Part shown: positions 36,112 to 46,200 of the stretch, in pieces
Numbering within the stretch: the stretch's first letter is position 1
Layout of the letters: each line of letters starts with the position of its first letter
Source: Macrostomum lignano
Lineage: Eukaryota
Length of the DNA: 64,000 bases
Direction of reading: 5' to 3'
NCBI GenBank assembly: GCA_002269645.1
Contig: NIVC01002659.1
Location: 19,960 to 83,959, forward strand
Position numbers and translations under genes: made by a program
Notes under the pieces: generated by a model
What the model was told of the DNA's origin: nothing
Database searches by the model: none
What the model saw: the letters and a program-made list of their open reading frames with translations, nothing else

Positions 36112-36372
36112 ACGGCCGCCCGGGCCTCCCCTGATGCTGACTAAGCTGCTGCTCAAGATGCTGTCCCTTCGGCTCACCGCGGCTGGGACAGCGACGGTTG
36201 CAGCGGCGGCTGTTGCTGCGGCAGCTACCGCCGATGTCGTTGTTTTAACTTGGCCGGCTCGGCCTCCGGTGCTCAATAAAACTGCTGCCTGCCGCCTCAT
36301 CACTTATTCAGCAAGCCCGGGGATAAGGCCGGCTGATCCGCCTTGGTCAATATGCTCCTGCCGATGTCGGTT

Positions 36373-36439
<67 letters not shown>

Positions 36440-36967
36440 CTCTTGCTCTGTCTCTCTATTTCTGCTCGCCAAGCCGTTTTCGGTTAGTGCCAGGCTTGTG
36501 CTTGAGCAGGGGGAGGAGAGGTTGCCGGGCAGAACCGTTTTGGATTATTTTGTCAGCGCTAGCAGGGGGATGAGGCTGCTTCAGGACTGGCTGGCAGAGG
36601 GCGGCCTGGCCTAAGCAGAAACTCTAATTGTGAGTGGTGGCAGGCCGGTTAGAAATTTGATAGACTGGACTGGGAGCTGTTGGAAGGATGCTGGTGAAGC
36701 GTTTGGTTGCTAACCAAATGCGTCTCACTTTTCTTTTCTTCTTTAGAGACTTCTCTTGAGGTTTCTGATTCACCTTCATTGTTAGCGAAGCCAGCAGTCT
36801 TTCACCCCAACTCAATTCCAGTTGCTTTTATCCAGTTCAGGAAGCTCAACTAGCTGCATCTGAACGGCATCAAAACCGCTTTACTGATCCCAGTAAAGTA
36901 CCTTACTCCACAGTTCACATTGCAGTCACTAGCAGAGCAGCCACTAGATCCCATCGGACTCCAACGC

Positions 36968-39900
36968 ACAGAGTGTAGGGTTTAGTGTCCAACCCTAAGA
37001 CACAGAGTGTAGGGTTTAGTGTCCAACCCTAAGACACAGAGTGTAGGGCTTAGTGTCCAACCCTAAGACTAAGAGTTTAGGGTTTAGTGTCCAGCCCTAA
37101 GACTAAGAGTGTAGGGTTTAGTGTCCAACCCTAAGACACAGAGTGTAGGTTTTAGTGTCCAACCCTAAGACTAAGAGTGTAGGGTTTAGTGTCTGACCCT
37201 AAGACTAAGAGTTTAGGGTTTAGTGTCCAACCCTAAGACTAAGAGTTTAGGGTTTAGTGTCCAGCCCTAAGACTAAGAGTGTAGGGTTTAGTGTCCAACC
37301 CTAAGACACAGAGTGTAGGTTTTAGTGTCCAACCCTAAGACTAAGAGTGTAGGGTTTAGTGTCTGACCCTAAGACTAAGAGTTTAGGGTTTAGTGTCCAA
37401 CCCTAAGACTAAGAGTGTAGGGTTTAGTGTCCAACCCTAAGACACAGTGTAGGGTTTAGTGTCCAACCCTAAGACACAGAGTGTAGGGTTTAGTGTCTGA
37501 CCCTAAGACTAACAGTGTAGGGTTTAGTGTCCAACCCTAAGACACAGAGTGTAGGGTTTAGTGTCCAACCCTAAGACTAAGAGTGTAGGGTTTAGTGTCC
37601 AACCCTAAGACACAGAGTGTAGGGTTTAGTGTCTGACCCTAAGACACAGAGTGTAGGGTTTAGTGTCTGACCCTAAGACACAGAGTTTAGGGTTTAGTGT
37701 CTGACCCTAAGACACAGAGTGTAGGGTTTAGTGTCCAACCCTAAGACTAAGAGTGTAGGGTTTAGTGTCCAACCCTAAGACACAGAGTGTAGGGTTTAGT
37801 GTCTGACCCTAAGACACAGAGTTTAGGGTTTAGTGTCTGACCCTAAGACACAGAGTGTAGGGTTTAGTGTCCAACCCTAAGACTAAGAGTGTAGGGTTTA
37901 GTGTCCAACCCTAAGACACAGAGTGTAGGGTTTAGTGTCTGACCCTAAGACACAGAGTTTAGGGTTTAGTGTCTGACCCTAAGACTAAGAGTGTAGGGTT
38001 TAGTTTCTGACCCTAAGACTAAGAGTGTAGGGTTTAGTGTCTGACCCTAAGACACAGAGTGTAGGGTTTAGTGTCCAACCCTAAGACTAAGAGTGTAGGG
38101 TTTAGTTTCTGACCCTAAGACTAAGAGTGTAGGGTTTAGTGTCCAACCCTAAGACACAGAGTGTAGGGTTTAGTGTCCAACCCTAAGACACAGAGTGTAG
38201 GGTTTAGTGTCCAACCCTAAGACTAAGAGTGTAGGGTTTAGTGTCCAACCCTAAGACACAGAGTGTAGGGTTTAGTGTCTGACCCTAAGACACAGTGTAG
38301 GGTTTAGTGTCTGACCCTAAGACTAAGAGTGTAGGGTTTAGTGTCCAACCCTAAGACACAGAGTGTAGGGTTTAGTGTCCAACCCTAAGACACAGAGTGT
38401 AGGGTTTAGTGTCTGACCCTAAGACTAAGAGTGTAGGGTTTAGTGTCCAACCCTAAGACTAAGAGTGTAGGGTTTAGTGTCCAACCCTAAGACTAAGAGT
38501 GTAGGGTTTAGTGTCCAACCCTAAGACACAGAGTGTAGGGTTTAGTGTCCAACCCTAAGACACAGAGTGTAGGGTTTAGTGTCCAACCCTAAGACACAGA
38601 GTGTAGGGTTTAGTGTCCAACCCTAAGACTAAGAGTGTAGGGTTTAGTGTCCAACCCTAAGACACAGTGTAGGGTTTAGTGTCCAACCCTAAGACACAGA
38701 GTGTAGGGTTTAGTGTCTGACCCTAAGACTAACAGTGTAGGGTTTAGTGTCCAACCCTAAGACACAGAGTGTAGGGTTTAGTGTCCAACCCTAAGACTAA
38801 GAGTGTAGGGTTTAGTGTCCAACCCTAAGACACAGAGTGTAGGGTTTAGTGTCTGACCCTAAGACACAGAGTGTAGGGTTTAGTGTCTGACCCTAAGACA
38901 CAGAGTTTAGGGTTTAGTGTCTGACCCTAAGACACAGAGTGTAGGGTTTAGTGTCCAACCCTAAGACTAAGAGTGTAGGGTTTAGTGTCCAACCCTAAGA
39001 CACAGAGTGTAGGGTTTAGTGTCTGACCCTAAGACACAGAGTTTAGGGTTTAGTGTCTGACCCTAAGACACAGAGTGTAGGGTTTAGTGTCCAACCCTAA
39101 GACTAAGAGTGTAGGGTTTAGTGTCCAACCCTAAGACACAGAGTGTAGGGTTTAGTGTCTGACCCTAAGACACAGAGTTTAGGGTTTAGTGTCTGACCCT
39201 AAGACTAAGAGTGTAGGGTTTAGTTTCTGACCCTAAGACTAAGAGTGTAGGGTTTAGTGTCTGACCCTAAGACACAGAGTGTAGGGTTTAGTGTCCAACC
39301 CTAAGACTAAGAGTGTAGGGTTTAGTTTCTGACCCTAAGACTAAGAGTGTAGGGTTTAGTGTCCAACCCTAAGACACAGAGTGTAGGGTTTAGTGTCCAA
39401 CCCTAAGACACAGAGTGTAGGGTTTAGTGTCCAACCCTAAGACTAAGAGTGTAGGGTTTAGTGTCCAACCCTAAGACACAGAGTGTAGGGTTTAGTGTCT
39501 GACCCTAAGACACAGTGTAGGGTTTAGTGTCTGACCCTAAGACACAGAGTGTAGGGTTTAGTGTCCAACCCTAAGACACAGAGTGTAGGGTTTAGTGTCC
39601 AACCCTAAGACACAGAGTGTAGGGTTTAGTGTCTGACCCTAAGACTAAGAGTGTAGGGTTTAGTGTCCAACCCTAAGACTAAGAGTGTAGGGTTTAGTGT
39701 CCAACCCTAAGACTAAGAGTGTAGGGTTTAGTGTCCAACCCTAAGACTAAGAGTGTAGGGTTTAGTGTCCAACCCTAAGACACAGAGTGTAGGGTTTAGT
39801 GTCCAACCCTAAGACACAGAGTGTAGGGTTTAGTGTCCAACCCTAAGACACAGAGTGTAGGGTTTAGTGTCTGACCCTAAGACACAGTGTAGGGTTTAGT

Positions 39901-40362
39901 GTCTGACCCTAAGACTAAGAGTGTAGGGTTTAGTGTCCAACCCTAAGACACAGAGTGTAGGGTTTAGTGTCCAACCCTAAGACACAGAGTGTAGGGTTTA
40001 GTGTCTGACCCTAAGACTAAGAGTGTAGGGTTTAGTGTCCAACCCTAAGACTAAGAGTGTAGGGTTTAGTGTCCAACCCTAAGACACAGAGTGTAGAGTT
40101 TAGTGTCCAACCCTAAGACACAGAGTGTAGGGTTTAGTTTCTGACCCTAAGACACAGAGTGTAGGGTTTAGTGTCTGACCCTAAGACACAGAGTGTAGGG
40201 TTTAGTGTCTGACCCTAAGACACAGAGTGTAGGGTTTAGTGTCCAACCCTAAGACACAGAGTGTAGGGTTTAGTGTCTGACCCTAAGACACAGAGTGTAG
40301 GGTTTAGTGTCCAACCCTAAGACTAAGAGTGTAGGGTTTAGTGTCCAACCCTAAGACTAAGA
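36968..40362. repeat. 34-bp satellite with inverted telomere-like motifs, about 100 units
   Basis: Unit GTGTAGGGTTTAGTGTCCAACCCTAAGACACAGA with CCAA/CTGA and CACA/CTAA variants. Confidence 0.98.
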
Positions 40363-41019
40363 TATTTTCAAATATTTTATCTAGCACCCAGCTCATCCGT
40401 AAAGCGCACTCTTCATGCACCTCTCCCCGGGGACACCATCGATGTGGGCGAGTCATCGATCAGATGCCTCAGTTTCTAGAAAAACAGTTTCTTCTCTTTC
40501 GCTCGATTTCTGTGCTGCCAGACCTTGGAGGAGGATCGGCGTGGGAAAAGCGGATCAGCTGCTGCCAGTCGCCATGGGATTTGGCGTCTCGGACTAATGC
40601 CAATGCGGAGGACATTTCTGGCTTAGTGTCAGGCAGATAAGGACATAAAAAATTTAGAACTAACGCTGCTGTCCGCCAGTCCCAATTATCCCTTGCTCCC
40701 ATTTTCAGTCCATCCGCCTGAAACGAGTCCAAATAGCAGAGAGATGAAAAAGAAAATCGCCTCGATTCTATCTGTGTTTGGATAGGCCTCAATTGATTGG
40801 AGTCTGGAAGCAAATTCGAATGCATTTAATGAGCCTTAGAGTCCGGCCCCGCCCCCAATGCTTGCAGCTGGCAAAGCTTTGTATTTGGTGGAGTATGGAA
40901 AAAACTCCATATCAGTGTCAGTATTCGGTACTAGCAATTTTACATTACGCTTCTTTTGTGCTTCATGACGCTTCTTTTCTTATTTTATCTTTTACATGAT
41001 GGCTCTTATAATTTACATG

Positions 41020-42215
41020 GTGTCTCTTTAGGTTTGACATGATGCTTCTTTTATGTTTGACATGATGCTTCTTTTATGATTAACAGAATGCTATTTTTAT
41101 GTTTGACATGATGCTTTTTAGGTTTGACATGATGCTTCTTTTATGTTTGACATGATGCTTTTTAGGTTTGACATGATGCTTCTTTTATGTTTGACATGAT
41201 GCTTCTTTTATGTTTGACATGATGCTTCTTTTATATTTGACATGATGTTTCTTTTATGATTGACAGAATGCTATTTTTATGTTTGACATGATGCTTTTTA
41301 GGTTTGACATGATGCTTCTTTTATGTTTGACAGAATGCTTTTTTTATGTTTGACATGATGCTTATTTTATGTTTGACATGATGCTTATTTTATGTTTGAC
41401 ATGATGCTTTGTTTATGTTTGACATGATGCTTTGTTCATGTTTGACAGAATGCTTCTTTTATGCTTGACATGACGCTGATTTTATGTTTGACATGATGGT
41501 TATTTTATGTTTGACATGATGGTTATTTTATGTTTGACATGATGGTTATTTTATGTTTGACATGATGGTTATTTTATGTTTGACATGATGGTTATTTTAT
41601 GTTTGACATGATGGGTATTTTATGTTTGACATGATGCTTCTTTTATATTTGACATGATGCTTCTTTTATGTTTGACATGACGCTGATTTTATGTTTGACA
41701 TGATGGTTATTTTATGTTTGACATGACGCTGATTTTATGTTTGACATGATGGTTATTTTATGTTTGACATGATGGTTATTTTATGTTTGACATGATGGTT
41801 ATTTTATGTTTGACATGATGGTTATTTTATGTTTGACATGATGGTTATTTTATGTTTGACATGATGGTTATTTTATGTTTGACATGATGGGTATTTTATG
41901 TTTGACATGACGCTGATTTTATGTTTGACATGATGGTTATTTTATGTTTGACATGATGGGTATTTTATGTTTGACATGACGCTGATTTTATGTTTGACAT
42001 GATGGTTATTTTATGTTTGACATGATGGTTATTTTATGTTTGACATGATGGTTATTTTATGTTTGACATGATGGGTATTTTATGTTTGACATGACGCTGA
42101 TTTTATGTTTGACATGATGGTTATTTTATGTTTGACATGATGGTTATTTTATGTTTGACATGATGCTTCTTTGATGTTTGACATGTTGCTTCTTTTATGT
42201 TTGACATGATGCTTT
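41020..42215. repeat. 22-bp AT-rich minisatellite (TTTTATGTTTGACATGATGGTTA / ...GCTTC)
   Basis: About 54 units, shifting from GCTTC to GGTTA variants along the array. Confidence 0.97.
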
Positions 42216-42522
42216 GTTTATGTTTTACATGCCGCGGCTTTTATGTTTCTATATCTGGCTGCACACTGGCTCCATATCAGTGTCAGTATTCGGCATTTGG
42301 CGACAAGTTCCCATCGCTTAATCCAGCAGAAAATTTAAATAAAGCTAGGATCGGGATTATCTACCAACATATTAATCATAAATGTTTGAATTGCTCTACT
42401 TTCAGTAGGCCGCGTGAGCATTTTTTCCTTAAAAGTACAATATTTAGAAAATTGAAAGCAGATAATTGGGAATGAGAGGTCATGAAAAATGTTATGGTTA
42501 ATTAAAAACTACAAACTAGACA

Positions 42523-42715
42523 GGAGGGCAGAGCAGCAAGCTCAGCGGTAAACGCGCCTGACTCGATCGCGCCACCACGGTCCCTGGTTCGACTCCGTGC
42601 TAGCTCACATTCCTTTGGGGCTTGTGTGCTCTAAAAACTGCCAGTCTGTAGAGTGTAAACTGCCAGAGTGTAAATGACTGATGATTAGAAAGTCAGGACC
42701 GCTGTACACGCTGTA
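42523..42715 (+). mobile_element. tRNA-derived SINE (family A)
   Basis: A-box-like AGCTCAGCGGTA and B box GGTTCGACTCC, then TTTGGGGCTTGTGTGC and the shared core ATGATTAGAAAGTCAGG..CGCTGTACAC. Confidence 0.75.
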
Positions 42716-43269
42716 CACTCGTATTTATGGATATATTCACTAAATCCTAAGGCGATATGTAGCGAAAAATAACTTAATAAAGGCACCGTTCCTGTAGAAA
42801 AATGAATAAGACTTCTTCTCAGTAAGCAAACTAAAGCCAAAAGAGGAGAGGCGGAGATGCTGACCCAAGCACTTCAGCCAACTTCTGCAAACAAGTGGCC
42901 ACCAGAGCAACTGCTCTCAGCCAGCAAGTCTAATAGTCTGAGTCACTCTGGACTTCTCATTGCGGGGGAACTGTTCCACTCCCAGTGTGCGGGCGCGGGA
43001 CACTGGGAGTAATAAGAAATTCGAGTGCCAGCAGCAGGCCGCACAATCTATATTCAGCATCAGAAGCTGTCTCTCTCTTCTCCTCTCTCTCCTTCTCCCT
43101 CTCTCTCACCCTTTGTCAGGCCTCGGGAAAGTCCCACCGTCAGTTCGCAGCCTGGCTGCCGCGCCGATAAATTGTTCGGCTAGATAGGAACAAAAATCGA
43201 TCGAGAAATTCAGGCAAAAGAACTGTCTGCTTTTTCTCTCGAAAGACTTTCTCCGCGATACTCGTGCAC

Positions 43270-46200
43270 CGTTGGGTCTGGGTCCTGCTCAAGCGGCACC
43301 CGGATCTCGACGCCAGTGGTCTTGTGTACCACAGCACGGTCCGCAAGGGCACGACCGGGGCCACAGTCATCCTCGGCCTGACGGGGGGATGGGCCAAGCG
43401 GCTACCGCACGGCACAAACCTCCACCTTGGTCTCCATCAACTGACCATCCTCCGCTGTGAGGAGGGCAGGGTGGAGACCAAGAAAGACGGGAAGCGCGCC
43501 GCTCCCGGAGCTGGGGCTCATGCCCCGCCGGCCAAGCGGCAGCAGCAACCCGATCCCGAGCCTAACAAGACTATTTCGCGCTGCTGAGTCCGCCTCGCGC
43601 GGACGTAGACCGCCCGCAGTAACCGGCGGTCCGGTCTAATCCAGCGCGCACTTGACGAAGCTCAGTCTCTGAGACTTCACCTCGAGCAGACTCGTGTCGC
43701 TCGCAAAGACACTGAAAGCCAGCCGAGGGAACTGGACGACGGCACGGCTCAGCCTTCCAACTGGTGGGATTACCACCAGGAGGACGCTGCCGGCCGAGCT
43801 CAGACTCCCGACGGCGGGGCGCAAGGCGAAGGCAGCAGCCGTACCCCAGTCGCTGGGGAGGAGGGCGGTGTAGCGCGGCTAGGTGACTCACCTGCCGTGG
43901 GCCCGTGTCCGCCTCCGCGCGGCTGGGGAGGCGGCTGAGCCTGAGCCAATGGAAATTGGCGACTCAACTCTCACCGATGAGGCTGAGAATGAGTTGCTTT
44001 TCTCCTCCCCTGGACAGTAGACATGACTGTCTCCCAGGGCATCCATTGCTTGCAGGTCAACCTGCAGCACAGCATTGCTGCTTCAGTCAACCTCTTGAAG
44101 CACACTGACCAATACGCGCCAGGGATTATCCTTATCAGGAACCTTGGACGCTTAGGGGCAGGCCCAACATGTCCCCACCGGCTACCAGTGTTTAACCGCT
44201 GGTACCCGGGAGGGAAACCTGGCACCAAGATCCTGCATCATGCTCAAGCGGCACCCGATCTCGACGCCAGTGGTCTTGTGTACCACAGCACGGTCCGCAA
44301 AGGGCACGACCGGGGCCACAGTCATCCTCGCCTGACGGAGGGATGGGCCAAGCGGCTACCGCACGGCACAAACCTCCACCTTGGTCTCCATCAACTGACC
44401 ATCCTCCGCTGTGAGGAGGGCAGGGTGGAGACCAAGAAAGACGGGAAGCGCGCCGCTCCCGGAGCTGGGGCTCATGCCCCGCCGAGTCCGCTCGGCGAGT
44501 ACCCGCCCTAACAACCGGCTATTCGCGGTCGGTGCTGAGTCCAGCCTCGCGCCCGCTTGACGAGACTTCTCGAGCTCACTCTGACGAGACTCTGAGCTGC
44601 ACGACCAGCCAGCCGGGGAGGACGACGGCGGCTCAGCGGGTGGGACCACCAGGCCGCTGCCCGCTGGGGAGGAGGGCGGTGTAGCGGGGCTAGGTGACTC
44701 ACCTGCCGTGGGCGCCGTGTCCGCCTCCGCGGCGGCTGGGGAGGCGGCTGAGCCTGAGCCAATGGAAATTGGCGACTCAACTCTCACCGATGAGGCTGAG
44801 AATGAGTTGCTTTTCTCCTCCCCTGGACAGTAGACATGACTGTCTCCCAGGGCATCCATTGCTTGCAGGTCAACCTGCAGCACAGCATTGCTGCTTCAGT
44901 CAACCTCTTGAAGCACACTGACCAATACGCGCCAGGGATTATCCTTATCCAGGAACCTTGGACGCTTAGGGGCAGGCCCCAACATGTCCCCACCGGCTAC
45001 CAGTGTTTAACCGCTGGTACCCGGGAGGGAAACCTGGCACCAAGATCCTGCATCATGGTGTCCAGTTCTATTAACGCATGGCTCAGATCAGACCTGTCCA
45101 CCAGGGACATCTGTGTCATCCAGTCTGAAGACATACTCCCTGGGAGGACTACCCTCATCGCCTCGGTTTACCTACCGGGCGACGGCGAGATGATCCCAGT
45201 AGAGCTTGTCACACTGGTCGAGCTCTGCTCCACCAGAAACTATGAGCTGCTCGTGGCAGGTGACATCAATGCCCACCACACCCACTGGGGCAGTTCTGAT
45301 ATAAACCAGAGAGGTGAAGACTTCCTGGCTTATATTGCTACTACAACCCTTGAGTTCTGTAACTCGGGTAGTACCCCTACCTTCAATAACGGACGCCGAT
45401 CGGAGGTGCTGGATGCCACCCTCGCCACGCCCAGGCTCTTCCGGAGCACTAGGGAGTGGTGGGTGCTTCCTGAGGCGTCCCTCTCCGATCACAAGTTCAT
45501 CTCTTTCACGCTGGCCAGCGCCCGTAACGCAGGCCAGCTTTACTGGAAACGAAATGCTAGGAATACTGACTGGACCGCCTTCAGGCTTGCCCTGGAGGAG
45601 ACCTATCGTTGCACTAGCACTCCAGTCTCCATCAACACCTGCGAAGAAGCAGACGAATTTGCGGCCGCACTTACGGACTCGCTCACTGCTGCCTTCGAAG
45701 CCTCATGCCCACTAAAGGCATACAAAGGCAAACAGTCGGCCCCATGGTGGAACCCGCAGCTTGGCGACCTCCGTCGCAGAGCCAAAAGGCTTCACCGCAG
45801 GGCCCAAAAAACTAAAAACCCGGCCGACCAAACCGCCTACCTGAACTCTATCCACGAGTTCAAGAGGCAGGTTAGGAACGCCAAAACCAACAAGTGGCGC
45901 GAATACTGTGAGGAACTTGAGGGCTACCGCCCCACCTCCAGAATCGTTAAAGCCCTCACCCTGGACAAAATGTCCAAACTCTCCTCAGTCAAGAGAGCCG
46001 ACGGCTCGCTCACTGAGAACCCAGGAGAAACACTGGAAGCGATGCTAACAGCGTTTTTCCCGAACGAGCCAGCCAGGCCGGACCCCCCTGATCACTCAGT
46101 GGGCGGACACGTACTGGCTGACTCAATCATCACGGAGGACCGCGTTACTAAAGCTGTCTCCTCCTTCAAACCCTTCAAATCCCCAGGACCGGACGGCGTT

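Noticed and set aside
36968-40362. True telomere or chromosome-fusion scar
   Set aside because: The motifs are embedded in a 34-bp unit in both orientations, not in head-to-head (TTAGGG)n tracts. The short CCCTAG/CCCTAA run at about 49325-49360 is too degenerate to call either.
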